A stretch of DNA of 64,000 nucleotides, from assembly GCF_009914755.1 (NCBI RefSeq), contig NC_060933.1. One strand, given 5' to 3'. The notes beneath the pieces were generated by a model. That model made no database searches. It saw nothing but the letters and a program-made list of their open reading frames with translations, and was not told where the DNA came from. Positions 1-17,847 of this stretch are shown here, one piece after another. The stretch's first letter is position 1. Every line of letters starts with the position of its first letter. The position numbers and the translations under genes are program-made. The DNA comes from the human T2T-CHM13v2.0 reference genome, Homo sapiens.

Positions 1-1073
1 TACCAAACAATTGAGGAATAAATGATATCAGTTATTCATAATTTGTTCCAGAAAATTAAAGTAGAATGAATACTTCCTAACTCATTCTATGAGGCCAGCA
101 TTACCCTAATACCAAAACCAGATAAAGATATTACAAGAAAGGAAAACTCTAGACAAATATTTCTTATGAACATAGATGCAAAAATCCTCAACAAAATATT
201 AGCAAATTGAATCCAATAGTATATAAAAAACACAATATGTGTGTATACACCACAATCAAGTGAGGTGTATGTCAGGTATGCAATCTCAACATTCAAAAAA
301 CAATTAGTGCAATCTATCACATCAACAAGCTAAAGAAGAATCAGATCAAATGATCATATCAATAGATTCAGAACAAACATTTGACAAAATCTAACACGCA
401 TTTATATTAAAAACGCTTAGCGAACTAAGAATAGAGGAAAAACTGCTCAAACTGATAAAGAACATCTACAAAAAGTTTACAGCTAACATCATACTTAATG
501 GTGAGAAACTAAATGCTTTCTTTCTAAAATTGGGAATAAGGACAGGATGTCCCCTCTCATCACTCCTATTCAGCATTATACTGAAGTCCTGGTTAATACA
601 GTGTGAAAAGAGAAGGAAATAAAAGGTATACAGATTGGGAAAAAAAAAACCAAAATTATCTTTGTCTAAAATGACATTATTCTACATTATTCAGTAGAAA
701 AATCTCAAATAATAAACAAAAATTCTCCTGGAACTGATACGTCATTAAAGACAGGTTGCAGGATGCGAAACCTTTAATTGGTTGAAATTTAAACCAAATT
801 TAATTTGGATTAATATCCAAAAGTCAGTTGGTTTCCTATATATCAGCAATAAACAATTGAAATTAAAAGCAAAACACCAATTACATTAGCAGTAAAAAAG
901 TGAAACACTTAGGTATATGTTAACAAACCAGGTATCAGATCTATATGAAGGAAAACAACAAAACTCTGATGAAAGAAATAACAAATCTAAAGAAATGGGG
1001 AGATGTTTAATGTTTGTAGATAGGAAGACTCAATATTGCCAGGAGGTCAGTTTTCCCATCTGGGAATCTATAG

Positions 1074-1396
<323 letters not shown>

Positions 1397-1707
1397 GACT
1401 CAATGCAATTCTAGTCACAATCTCAGCCGATTACTCTGTGGATATCAACATACTGATTCTAAAGTTTACATGAAATGGCAAAAGATCTGTGGATAGATCA
1501 ATAGAATATTGAAGAAGAAGAAAGAATGACATTACCCAACTTTAAGACTTATTTTAAAGTTACAGCAATCAAGAGTCTGGTATTGGTGAAAGAATAGACA
1601 AATAAGTCAATGTAAGAGGATAGAGAGCCCCAAAATAGACCTATGTAAATGTACAGTCACCTGATTTTTGACAAAGAAGAAATGCAGTTCAACGGATAAA
1701 TGGACAG

Positions 1708-2027
1708 TTTTGTTTTTTGGTTTTTGGTTTTTGTTTTGTTTTGTTTGAGATGGAGTTTTGCTCTTGTTGCCCAGCTGGAGTGCAATGATGCGATCTCAGC
1801 TTACTACAACCTCTGCCTCCTGGGTTTGAGCAATTCTCCTAACTCAGCTTTCTAAGCAACTGGAATTACAGGTGCCTACCACCACGTCTGGCTAATTTTT
1901 GTATTTTTAGTAGAGACAGGGTTTTACCATGTTGGCCAGGCTGGTCTTGAGCTCCTGACCTCAAGTGATCCACAACGCCTTAGCCTCCCAAAGTGCTGGG
2001 ATTACAGGTGTAATCCCGCACCTGGCC
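1708..2027 (-). mobile_element. AluS-type SINE
   Basis: Full Alu dimer in antisense with a degenerate T/G-rich tail, inserted in L1. Confidence 0.92.
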
Positions 2028-2510
2028 CAAAGGTACAGTCTTTTTAACAAATGGTGGTGGAACAACTAGACATCACATGCAAAAGAAAAAAAAAAGGATC
2101 TAGACAAAGACCTTACACCCTTCACAAACTGAACTCAAAATGGGTCATAGGCCTAAATATAAAACATAAAAGTATAAAACTTCTAGAAGATAACACAGGA
2201 GAAAATTTACATGACTTTGGATTTGACGATGAGTTTTTGTGCTACATCGAAAGCATAATCCATGAGGGGAGAAAACAGGTAAGCTGGACTTTATCGAAAT
2301 TAAAACTTCTGCTCTGTGAAAGAAACTGTTACAAGAAAAGAAGGCAAAGCCACATGGATGAGCTTAGACATAGTTGTGAAGAGACACCAGCATGCTTTTT
2401 GTGAGTCATTTCCCTCTCTCCCTCTCTCTCTCTTTCCCTCTCATCCCTCAGGTCAGTGGAGAGTGGTTCTTTCTGCCTCCTTTGAGGTCCTTGTTAAGAG
2501 ATGGAAACTT

Positions 2511-2829
<319 letters not shown>

Positions 2830-3156
2830 TCATGAATAAAATCCCTGAGTGCAGGTACTGGTCAACAGTGTTAAAAAGCTTCCGTATGTATGAAAATTTG
2901 CAGAAATAGAAAAAATATATAAATAACATTTGAAGTGTTTTCTGTAATTAATGTAAAAGTTGATAATTTTGGAAAGCTTGGAAACGCTTCCAAACTGGAC
3001 CAGTTTGCTGTGGGGTGATGAGAACATCAGGCTCATTCATAGTTCCAGTCAGAAGAATAAGAGACTTTAGTGACATCCTGTAGGCCTAGTTCTCACACTG
3101 CTGAAGGAGCCTGTCCCTTCTGAAATCCATAGTCTTATCTCAAAATTGAGTGAAGG

Positions 3157-3520
<364 letters not shown>

Positions 3521-3584
3521 TTATTTTCCATGTTACGACCTGGGGACAAGTTAAAGCATTTTTTCTCCTTCCTGATTGCTATAA

Positions 3585-3965
<381 letters not shown>

Positions 3966-4959
3966 TCTTGCCTTGATTTCTGTTCATTTATCTCTCCCCG
4001 TGTTGGAGGGGCTGCAAGTCAGCTGGCTGGACTGTTCTGATCATGCATGAAGTACCTGGTGACCAAGGAATTCATATGGTTTCCTTAGTTGCATTTTTAG
4101 GGCAACCACACAAGATCTGTCAAGGTGAAAGCAGCTATGTCATGGCCAGTGGCAGGCTGGAACCATTGGATGGGTTTTCACTGCCTTCCTGGGTTGCTTT
4201 TCCAGGAGGACCCACATATGTGACAATGGCTCTTGGGGTCTAGGGGCAAGATAACAGGTTTCTTAAGCCTCGATTTAGTGTGTCCTCAGGGAAGTTTTAA
4301 ATGTTGGGCGTTGCTCCTAGCCCAGGATTCTTAGCAAATAGTAGTCATGGTAATTTCTGGCTTGCTGACTGCTTAAACAGAAGTTTCAAACATAGAAACA
4401 GGTAGTGGTTTTTACACATTATTGTATGCCTATAACTAGATGCTGGTCACAGCACAGCCAGGTGAAAAACCCAAGATGCCGCTGGTGATGAATCCCATTT
4501 GCAACAGTACAGTAACTAAAAATCCAAAAGAAAAAAAAATACAGGAGCTTTCATGGCATAAACCATAAGCCTTTACAGACACCAATAAAAGTAGACTTGA
4601 ATAAGTGGCAGGATACTATAATAAGATTAAATTCAAATTAAAAGCCCCATGCGATTGGGAGAGCAGGATTGGACAAAGTGTTGCTAAAATATCCTGTAGG
4701 TAAGTGCCAATATTCACCAAGAAATCTTTAAAAATCAAGAGTATTGGAAAAATTTAAATATATTACAGACCTCTATGCAGATGTAGGTCTGTTTTAAGAG
4801 TAGATAGATGAATTGGAGAGCACAGGCTGCTGGCAGAGACCCCTCCTCTGCTCCACCCCCCAGAATAAGAGTTTATAGGCGGCATCACTAATTACGAGGG
4901 AAGGAAACTTATGAGTCAGTGGTGCAGGCATAATAGGTGGGGAATGGAGGTAGATTCTC

Positions 4960-5237
4960 TCCTCATACCGTATACTGACCATAGCTACTCAGTCTCCAGC
5001 CTCTTCAGTGGTCAAATGGAAAGAGCATGGGCCAAGGCCTCCACCCTGAAATAATCGCACAGTGAGCACACATGTTGGTGTGGCCCGAGACACCAGGTAC
5101 ACGAAGATGCTCTCGTAAGGCAGGATGTTCTGAGCACCTAGAGGTCACTGCCCAGAAACTGGCCAAGGGCCAGGCATGTTTTTCAACATACAGGGTTTGA
5201 ATGCTCCAGACTTTCTGAATTAACCTTTTACTGTACA
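4960..5237 (-). mobile_element. ERVL-class LTR relic (MER77-like)
   Basis: Reverse complement begins tgtacagtaaaaggttaattcag...ggcccttggccagtttctggg, resembling the recalled MER77/MER21-group LTR 5' end. Confidence 0.55.
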
Positions 5238-5811
5238 GGGACTACGTGGTGGCTGCACAGAGAGTGGGAACAGGCAACCGGAGACCTGAGTAGGGACTCG
5301 GGCAGGTGTTTGTGAAGAGGGGAAGGGGTGGAGATCTGGGGTTGGGAAAGGACACTGGAAGAACTCAGCCCATTGTCTGATCTCACACATGTTTAATGGA
5401 GGGGCAGCTGTCCTGAAGGCCAGAGGCCAAGGCCATCAGGAGGGAAGGCAGTGCTGATGGCTGAGGCACAGTTCAGTCCCAGGTTCCAGGGTCCACAGCA
5501 GAGCCCCGGCTGCAGCCTCATGCCCTCCTCCCCAGCACTGGCTTAGCAAGGGCCATGCCTGGTGATGATCTTGCAGAATGAAGGCTGAGAGTTTTCTTGT
5601 AGGCTGCTCGGGCTGTTTCTAATTGGGGAATGAGAAGATTTCTGAAGAGCTTCAAGGCATTGCTGCTGATTCAGATATTTCCACGGGTGCTGTGCATGCG
5701 ACTTATTTTTTTCTCTCCTTGTCTTCTTCCTTCCTTCCTTCCTTCTTTTCTTTTCTTTTTTCTCCATTCCATTATGAATTATCATTACAGGATGTTTAAA
5801 AACATAGTTTT

Positions 5812-6113
<302 letters not shown>

Positions 6114-6391
6114 AAAAACGTAGTTTTTACCCATTTTCTGGAAAAAGAACATCTATAAAGATTGGACCAATTCTTGCCATGACCCTCTCTCCTCTTGTAT
6201 GACCCTACAAGAGAAGAGACAGCCAGATTGGGGCAGGACAACACGTTCTTAGAAAGAGAATGCCACAGAGCAGACACCACACATTTGCTAGTGCTTTTTA
6301 GTTCAAAGATCCTGCTCATTCCATCCTCAGAAGCAGTTTTCACGGTTATCAGGGCTTTAGGGCCAAAGTATGAGAAGAAACTGAGGGCTGA

Positions 6392-6700
<309 letters not shown>

Positions 6701-8648
6701 TGAGCATTCAGTGTTTTAAAAATTAAAACAGCAAAGGATATTTCATTATCATTTGTATCTAGTGGGTATGATCCCATAGGAAAATTAGAAGGTGATGTTT
6801 CTTGCTGTGGGTTACGAATTCCCAGGAAATGGATGGGCTCTTCTGAGACAGGGACAGTCTGCACCACTGGCCATTCCCTTCTGGGAACAGAGCCTTCTCC
6901 ACAGCAGGGCAAGCCCTGTGACTAAAGCACTGCTTCATCTCTGTTAGCCAAGCACTTAACGCTGTATCAGAAGATATTACAAGCTAATGATAAATGTGCC
7001 AAAGCCTGCAATACTTTAATCACTATTTCTCAGATTTATGTAAAAAGCAATTAAGGAAAGCTGTGAAATAAGAGCATAAATCACTAGATGAACATTTGAC
7101 ATTTAGTGCCCCGTTATGAGTGATGAGAGAGCACTCCAGCACTGGTTATTAGTGGACTCTTAAAGCAATCTCAAATTATGTGGAATTCAAATTCTGCGGA
7201 GTAATTAGAAATCTAAATAGGAATAAACTTTTCTCATTTAAGATATTTATGACTTAACTATTATTGAATTACCTATGAGCAAGAGCTGGGGAGTAGAAAA
7301 AAATCCCTTTCATGAACAGCCCAAAACAGTAAATAAGAGCAAGAGATGAGAAGTAGTAATAGGAACCAAAGGCCAAGACTTTTCTCCATATCACTCAACC
7401 ACAACCCATGCCATTTAAAAGTTTACTGAGAGGGTATTGCACACCAGAGTTTAACCACCTTCTATGTTAGCCAACCCTACGCTGTTCTTTAATTATACAC
7501 TGTAATTAGTACACTAAACACAATGTCTAGTAAATTAAAAAATAAATTCAGGTCTTAAGATACTTGTATCTGTCTTGGTTAAAGTTCTGAGTCAATTATT
7601 TGATAAAAGGGTGAGGAGCCTGCTTTTATGCTCAGCTGGAAGAGCTGTACATGTCACATGAAAGTACTCCATACACCTGGCATAGGCAGGGCCTCAGACG
7701 AATGAGCAGTCATGGGCTTCTCCAAACCAAACAACTGGGCCCTCACCCTCCTCCACGTGGAATTCTTCTCACGCAAATAGACACAGGCCTCATAGCAGAA
7801 TGGCAAAATTCTGAAAGTGTTATCTCAAAAGACCAGAAGGGGACATGAAAAAGAGGTGAACCGAGGCTTGAAAAAATGTCACAAATGGTGAATAGATGAG
7901 ATCAGGGTGAAACAATGCAAATGTTACTGGAAAACAATAAAAGAAATGTTTGGTGAAAGAAAGTCTAAAACTCATTTCCTATGATATCTCATAGAGACTG
8001 TTTACTGGAGAAAATAGCTCAGGAAGTCATCGGTCAGGGAATGATCACTGGAACACCTCACTTTTTTGGAGGTGACCTCTGGTAAGGACCAAGTCCTCTC
8101 TCGTGTTTGCTCTCATGACCCTCCCCGTGGGGGCTAGAGACTCTTCTTACTCTCCTACCTGTGGGAAAATGACTCACCCCTAAACACTTGGTGGTCAGGT
8201 TTGAAAGCCACACAGGCAGGCAGAAAAGTCATGGCAGGGGCACTTCAAAATAAATCTCTAAGGGAACTGAAAAAAAAAATTCCGACTAATCGAAGCCCTG
8301 AAAAACCTTCTGAATCCTACCCACTCTGCCGATTTTCTGAGGGAACCTCAGAAAATTAAGGATGTAGAAGCGGAACTCAAATACTGTTGCAGCTCCTCTT
8401 TTGGAAAAATCACTCTTTGCTGTAAACTTTCATGTTCATGGGACAATCCAACCAATATTTTAATGCTAGTAGCAATCACGGGACAAGCAGTTCCACTCGA
8501 ACGTTCAGAAGCCAAGGAATAATGGCATGCCGGCTTCGATGCCTTCTGTCCTTGTTTACATAGTAAACGAGACTCTCTTAACGGCCCTTGGAAAGATGCC
8601 CTTTCATATTTGACACTGAATTCATCTGGTGCAAATAGAAAACCTTGA

Positions 8649-9293
<645 letters not shown>

Positions 9294-10714
9294 ACTCCTC
9301 TGCCAGCTTTGCAGACCACTGCCTCCCTGAAAATCAATCTGACATCCAAAACGTGTATGCTCGACAGTGTTCTGGTGTGTGTTTTACCACTTTAAAAACA
9401 AGAGTGGTCCAAACATCTGCATTAAGGACTAACTAGTAAATTGAGACTTGCTCTCTGAAACTCCACAGTTATGGCCCTAAAAGTTCCCAAGGCAGGGCCT
9501 TGCACTTGGCGATGGGAAATGTAAATGAAATGTGTACGCTCAGTGGTTTTCATTGACTATTAGGCTTATGGCAGATAGTCTCTGCCAAGTTATAGAATTA
9601 GTATTCCTTCTCCAGATTTCTCCCTCTCTTACACCTGGACAACTGGAGCAGAATTCATAAAATTCTGTGCTGAAAAGGTGAATGTGCTGAGAGAAGGAGG
9701 AGGAAGAAACAGTCCCTCTATTTGTTCAGCCAAATGGCTAAACGCACCGTGACGAAAAGCTGGGGACCGAAAATGAGCCGCTTCAGTTTACGTGAAGCAA
9801 ACTAACATCTTAAGTTACATTCAGCACAGACATATCTGCTGCAGTAATTTTTAAAAACCGTACAAAAAGTTGTTAGGCAATCGTTGCGAACACAATACAA
9901 TGAAAAGAGCGCATGCCCTAAGTCATGGCTCAGTCCTGGGCACCAAAGCCAAGCTGTGCCATCCCCGGCAAGACCTGGAAAGTCTCCCGGCCTCAGTGTC
10001 CTCCTCCGTGAGGCCTGGATGTGAACCTCACAGGGCTGCGCTGAAGAGTAAATGTGATAATGAATCTGAGGACACTTTGTCAGTGCCATTCAAACGTTCT
10101 TGTTTTAAAATTTATTGCTTTTGAAGCCATGTGAATTGGCTGTTGAGATATTTAAAAATTCTCACCACATGTGGCAAGGTTTATAGAGCCCTGAGTTACA
10201 GAATGCCAATTCACAAATGTCAGCCACACCCGGCTTTGGGGTGGCTCCGTGCGTCTTTGGCTGTGAGAACTGTACTCTCTGTACGCTGCTGTATTTGGTG
10301 CTGCTGGTGCCTAGGCTTCCTCTCTCTTCTCCCTTCCATTTCTCTTCAAAACCCCTCTCCCACTCTCCGCCACCATAGCACAGAGCCATGCTTCGGGCGT
10401 AAGGTAATTAAATAGACTTTTGGAATTGACCTAAATACTGAAGCAGCGAGCACAACTAAGGTTTCATGTGAAAAAGTCTCACAATTCCCAAGGAACTGAC
10501 AAACATACACATTTGAAGATCAACATATTTGGAGATTGAAGACTGCCTGGACAATATTTTTCCATGTGTAGGCCTAGCACAATTTGCTTTTTTTTTGTAA
10601 ATTAGATAAAGAACCTTCACAGCTAAAGACAGTACTCTAGCAAATGCTTAAAGCTATGACCAAGTAGCAAAATCATGAGTCGTGATTCTATTTACTTTTC
10701 TATATCCAAAGCTC

Positions 10715-11130
10715 AATCAAACTAGGAGCAGAAGAAAGCTTTCTCAATCCGATAAAAGTTATCTATTAAAAACTCTACAGATAAATACAATGAAATAGTG
10801 AACACATTTCCCCCTAAGTTGAGAACAAGACAGGGATACCCACTCATACCAGCTCTATTCAACCTTGATAGTACAGTAAGTCAAGAACAATAAATGAAAG
10901 TTACAAAGTCTAGAAAGGAAGAATTAAAGCTGTCTTTATTTGCAGGTGATAACGGTGTACACAAAACATTCAAATTCAGAGACTCGCATGGTGGAACTTT
11001 CTGAGGTGTTTCAAACATTCCATATATTGACCTAGGTGATGGTTACACAGGCATTTACTCATGTGAAAAGTCACTAAGCTTTACACTTAAGATTTGTGAA
11101 TTTTACTTGGTATAAGTGTACTTCAAAATA
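10715..11130 (+). mobile_element. Old L1M fragments (ORF2 piece plus 3' end piece)
   Basis: gaacaagacagggatacccactc...ctgtctttatttgcaggtgat (RT region), followed by ...tacacttaagatttgtgaatttt (L1M 3' terminus). Confidence 0.7.
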
Positions 11131-11172
11131 AGTTATAATGGTTTAAAATCATTGGCCTGAAAATATAACCAC

Positions 11173-11718
11173 TGATGGTTTCAAAACATGTTTGCAAATT
11201 ATTTGATGCTCCTCCTTTCAAAACGTGGACTGTAACTCCCTCCCCTTGAATATGGGCTGAACTTAGAGACTCACAGCTAGTGAATAAAGGTGGTGGAAGT
11301 GAGGCCATGTGACTTCTGAGACTAGGCCATCAAAAGGATGCAGCTTCCACCTGGCTCTGTCTCTGCCAGGATGACACTCTGTGGGAAGGCAGCCACCATG
11401 TCATGAAGACTCTCAAGCAGCCTTGGGGAGATGCACGCTTGATGAGGAACTGAGGCCTCACACCAGCAACCAGCAGCATTGTGCCGGCTGTGTGAGCTCG
11501 CCAATGTGCAAGTGGATTCCCTAGCCATTCAAGTCATCAGGCCCCGGCAGTCCTGACTTTTTGACTGTAGCCTCATGAGAGAGCCTGAGCCAGAACCACC
11601 CAGGGAAGCTGCTCATAAATCCTTGCCCCACAGAAAACTTTGAGAGGTGATAAATGTTTATGGGTGTTTTAAGCCGGAGAGTTTTGGGGGTAATTTGTTA
11701 CACAGCCATGGATAATCC
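11173..11718 (+). mobile_element. MaLR LTR (MLT1F-like)
   Basis: ctccccttgaatatgggctg...gtgacttctgagactaggccat...gagttttgggggtaatttgttacacagcc are typical MLT1 motifs. Confidence 0.8.
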
Positions 11719-12653
11719 TTGTCTTCAGAGTTAGTGATTATGTTTGAATCGGATGCTTCATGACTGGGAATGATTAAAATGTTAAAAGTTCTATATATCT
11801 TTTATTCTACTCTGCAAAACAAGCTTCAAGTGCTATGTATAAGGCATTATGTAAATTAAAACATACCAAGTCCTGAAAATGTAAAAAATGCAAGTAATGT
11901 TATGTTGTTCGTTTACTAGATGCCCCTTTTCACTTTTGGGCCCCAAAGCCTCTAAATCTGGAGAATGTGGGTGACTTTGGAATAAAATACTAAGAATGCA
12001 GCAGCCATAAGAAAGTGACATTCTAAGGAATTTTCCCAGGATAGCGAACCAAGCATGACAACTGAGGCCTCTTTTGCCAAAGTGACAGTGTGAGAAGGAA
12101 GAAGGAAAAGCCTCTGAATGGTTGTATTTTGGTCTCATTATACTACTTTGTTCTTCTAAGCTAGATGTCAAGTCCTTATAAATCCTCTTCTGATTTATGC
12201 TCTTGAAGCAGTAGGAAGTCAGGTTTGAACTCACCAAATGACAGAGGGTTTGATGAGCACAGCATCCCCATCATTCCAGCTGCCTCCCATGCTGGCCACC
12301 GGGCTGAGGGCACCTTCCACTTTAGGAACTGGTCAGAGCTTGTGTTGCTGTTGTTAGAAGACTCAGATCCTCCCCCACCACCAAACTCTCTACATGGAAG
12401 AGCACAGCAACCCTTCTCCTTACTTAACTCAGTACAGAAAGACAAGTTAATTCCCAACACAATGCCCAACTTTGTAGCTGGGCACTGCCCTTTCAGATTA
12501 GCTTAAAGAAAGTTGCATGGTTGCTTCCAGTTCCATGTGCTGTTCCTCCTCAGTGCTGCTTTCCCACCTTTCCACTTCTGCAATTTCAACAGTAAGTTTG
12601 TTAAGTGAGCCCTCTAAAATGCATGGTCATGAATAATTTTAATAGTAAAATGG

Positions 12654-12966
<313 letters not shown>

Positions 12967-13032
12967 CTATAGGTGCTAGAAATAAGTAAGCACTTGATAA
13001 TGGATTCGTTGCACTTAAGAATTTCCCCTTAA

Positions 13033-13287
<255 letters not shown>

Positions 13288-15249
13288 TGAACAGGAATAA
13301 ATACCTGAACAAACAGAGCAGTCCTCTGTGCCTCAGGGAGATGTGATCCCCAACCGTAGCATGTTCTTGGATGCCTTTACACTTACAGTGTGTCCTCATG
13401 TGAAGTCATCATGTGAGAAAACACACACCTGAAAGGAAAAATGAGCATGTACAGACTGTAAAATGCAGAACTCACTGGAAACTATTCTTAAGGGGACAAA
13501 GTTAAGATTCAACAATAAAACCATTAATTTAAAGGAATACAAAAGCAGAAGGTTTTTATGTCAGGAGAAATAATTGTATAAGTAGGGATCAGAGTGAAAA
13601 TCAAGAGTAAATAATAATTACAATGATGGTGAAAATGACTTTTTAGCAATCACAAAAAGAACAGAAATCATTATAAAACACTTCCCCCACACCCCAAATT
13701 GTTTGAAATCTTCTTGGAATCTGGTGGAAGGTGAGACTATGGAGGTAAGATGAGGGAGTCCTGGGAAGATTTCTTTTCCAAACAAAGGAGCTTTGGAAAA
13801 CCTAAAAGGAGGCAGAGAACAAAAGTTTGGGGGGATGTGTGTTTGTGTTGCTGTGTGAATAAAGCTGAGTGCCTCAAGGGCTGCTGCAGTTGGAGTCTGA
13901 CAGCTGACATGGAGGGGAACGAGCTGCGGCCAAGGGCAGAGGAGGTGAGGGTCATGGAGGGCGAGTGGAGGGGAACATGCCACAGAGGTGATGAAAGGCA
14001 GCTTTGTCGACAGAAAGCAGGGAAGCCTCATGGGGAGACGGGAGATATGGAACTGTGGGATGTTTAGGGTCACTGGAATCGTTGGCTCAGTGGGGCCAAG
14101 GCTGGACGGGGGTGCTGAGGGCCAAGGGTGAAGGCTTCAGCTGGTGACTTCATGGCAGGTGCCTCTTTTATCACCTCCTGGGCCAAGAGCTGGAGGGGTT
14201 ATCTCAGCACGCCCTGATCCTGCAGTGGGAGACTTATGCGTTTCATTCCTCACTGGCTCAAAGAGATTAGCGTGTTCTTCACTGGGATCTCCATGAGGAG
14301 GGTGGGGACAGGCAGGATTTAGAGGAAGCCCGGGGGACCCAGCTTATGGGAATCTACGCATGGAGGCAGAGGGCATCCTTGCTTTTCCCCTCAAGATTAA
14401 GTGAAACTGCAGAAAGCCAGAATAGACACCAGCTTCAAGACAGTGTTTACACAGGACACTCCGAACAGTCGAGGCAGAGCCTGGGGCATGGCTCATGGGA
14501 CCAGGACTTTTTAGGGGCTTAGCATTACCGGGTAGTCCTGCTCATCATGTGCTGCCCCCTCTCGGGCTTTTGATCAGCCAGAGAGTCCACACACTCTGAA
14601 CAACCACAGAGTGTGTGGTCAAGTCTGAGTGTTCAGTCACATTAAAAGGCCTTACAGTCATAGGGCACAAATCTTTCTACTTTGTATGGCTTTGCCCATG
14701 GTGCAAATGACCAGATCTTTATGCCACTTCGAGGGTGCCATTATAGTGGAAGTTGCTTCCAAAAATGCAGTGGTGAATGCCATATGGAGCAAACTGGAGT
14801 GAAAAGCACAAGAGTTTTAGTACTAAAATCAGATAACAAATCTGGCCCAGCACTCCTTGAAAGCCTCTTGGGGCAGCTGCTTGAACTCTGAATGTTATCT
14901 CCTTAGGATGCTATTGTGGATGCCGATGAGGTTCATCTCTTGCTCCTGGTGTTATGAGTAACACAGTGTGAACGGTCGCATAAGTGAATGTTACCTATTC
15001 TTGCTCTAACTCTGGGTTGAGTCCTTGGTCCCATGAAATCCTAGATCCACCCCATCTGGCCCCATAGCAGGGCTTCCTAGAGTCCAGCGTGGCTGAGTTT
15101 TTCATGAACTTGGCGGGTGCAGACACACTTCCGGTTCCAGGGAGACCCATCTGCATGTTCCACACTCAATCCCCGATGGGTGAGAGAGTGTTTCTCTGCA
15201 GACATGGTGGGGAGGATCGGGCTGAGTGTCTTACTGTAAAAGAAGCTCC

Positions 15250-15565
<316 letters not shown>

Positions 15566-16186
15566 AGAAATTCCACTTCACATTAGCTTTCAGAAATTAC
15601 GAACTGCTTCAGAAGTCTGATTCTAGATTTGCTAGTTTTGAAACTTTGATGAACAAAATCAATGGAAAACCTACCATTTAGAAACTACCCGGTGGCTTCC
15701 TCTTTTGTAAGAGATGAAGCCCAAATTAATGGTTGGAGGAAAATTGCTCTTCTGTTTGAGAAAAGGGAGAAAAGACACTTCACTGTGCGTTTTGGTTTTC
15801 GAAAGGTGAAGCCAAGATCCTACTCTGAAATAGTTTTTAAGACACCATAGAACCACATGATTTTCTATAATGATGTCAAGGGTGGTCTTCACTGTGGGTA
15901 GAACCGCATTTCTCCATTCATTCAAGCATTGTTCATTGAACTAGGCTATATGGAACCCAACCATGTGCCTTACACCCTCCAGGCCTGAGTGTTGCCTGCA
16001 TGGAGCCTGCAGTCTAGTAAGAGGAACAGACACCAATCCGACCATCACATCACTGCCACCAAGTGCTGTGAAGCCAAGGTGATGTGCAGTGGGGCACTGA
16101 GCCTGGTTTTGAAGCCTTCTCTGAATAAGTGACTTTTAAGCCAAAATCCAAAGATGAGTCAAAGTTTATAGACAAAAGGGGGTAGG

Positions 16187-16285
16187 GTGCTCATTTCGGC
16201 AACATGTATACTAAAATTGGAGCAATCCCGGAAAGATTCGCATGGCCCCTGTGCAAGGAGGACTCGTGAAGCGTTTCATATTTCT
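16187..16285 (+). pseudogene. U6 snRNA retropseudogene (near full length, ~8-nt internal deletion)
   Basis: gtgctcatttcggcaacatgtatactaaaattggagcaatcccggaaagattcgcatggcccctgtgcaaggaggac-tcgtgaagcgtttcatattt aligns end to end with U6. The ACAGAGA box is mutated and the flank is L2, not a U6 promoter. Confidence 0.93.
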
Positions 16286-16393
16286 GCAGAACAATGTGAA
16301 GGCATTAAATGGCACTGTACTGTACACTTACAGTGTTTAAACTGGTACAATTTATGTTATGTATGTGATAATATATATCACAATTTTTAAAAA
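16286..16393 (+). mobile_element. L1 (L1MB-like) extreme 3' end fused to U6
   Basis: gcagaacaatgtgaaggcattaaatggcactgtactgtacactta...tttatgttatgtat...cacaatttttaaaaa matches the recalled L1MB-type 3' terminus. Confidence 0.8.
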
Positions 16394-17518
16394 GAGAGAA
16401 TGGGTCGAGTTGCAAAAGCCCCATTGCAGGCAGAGGGAGCATCAGGTCCAAGTGTTAGTGAACCGAGAGGAAACCCAGCAGCCAGGACTTGTGTGCTGAG
16501 ATTTGTGGGGTGGCGTGTGGCCCAAGATGAGACTGGAATTGCAGAACCTGGTTATCGGTCTTTGTCTCAAGGCCAGTGAAAGATTACTGAAAAGCTTTTA
16601 TTAAGGCAGTGACATAATTTGTGTTAAAAAAATATATCCCCCTGGACCAGGGTGAGAGTGGTTGGAGGGGCAGTGAATGTGGCTGACCAGGTAGAAAGCT
16701 GTCAGAGTTCTTCAGGAGAGAGATGGCTGTCACTTGGAGTAAGGTGCTGGAGTTGAGATGTAGAAAAGTGGGTAGATTTGAGAAAAGTTGGAGAACAAAT
16801 GGCTGAACTTGTTGATGGGTTGCTGTGGGGGTGAGAGAAGGGACTCGTTGGGATGGATCTCCATGTTTCTGGGTGGACGGTGCTGCCAGTAACTGGGGCA
16901 GGAAGCACAGAGAGAAGGGGTTGGAGGATGGATAAAGGTGCTTGTTTTGGGCATGGTGTTGAGTTTGTGCCTCAGTGAGGTTTGCAGCTGCCAGCGGGGG
17001 AAGATCCTGCGCACGGGTCGTTGACTCAGGGCTCACTAAGGCCTGCACTAATTTCTGGTGGAGTCTCTGGTGATTCTACCCGCTTATGTACTGCACTGTT
17101 TTCTGAGGCATGTCTGTCACGGGACATGTGAGGACTCAGGACCACTCCCGAGAGAAAACAGATGGAACACCCCATCTGCCACGTGCAGCAGCCGGGCCTG
17201 CTCCCAGGGCAGCTGACAAAAATTCTCCCCTCTTCTTCTGAAAGGCTGCTCCCAAAGAAACCACACTGGCCTCATGACAGCATCCTGACTGGACTGTCCG
17301 TGGCATGTTGGTATTTTAGGCCTGCCAATTAACCGTGTGTCCAACTCTGGGTCCTGTAGACCCCAGGGTGGGCAGCTCTCAGAGCACTTCTGAAACATCG
17401 GCTTACGAGGCAGACACTGTGCTGAGTGATTGAAGCTAAATGTTGCTTCAGTTGCAAGGCTTGACTCTCTGGAACAGCTGCCGTTTCATTTAACAATCTT
17501 GGAAAACGAAAACATACT

Positions 17519-17847
<329 letters not shown>

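Larger units (their letters stand above)
15910..17000 (-). mobile_element. LINE-2 relic, host of the U6/L1 insertion
   Basis: cattcattcaa terminus, gagcctgcagtctagt and the purine-rich body typical of antisense L2. Confidence 0.65.

Noticed and set aside
13618-14073. 151-aa and 105-aa overlapping ORFs
   Set aside because: Strand-biased purine-rich sequence that lacks stops by composition. No homology recognised.
16584-17048. 154-aa minus-strand ORF and overlapping ORFs
   Set aside because: Lies inside a decayed L2 and has low-complexity composition.
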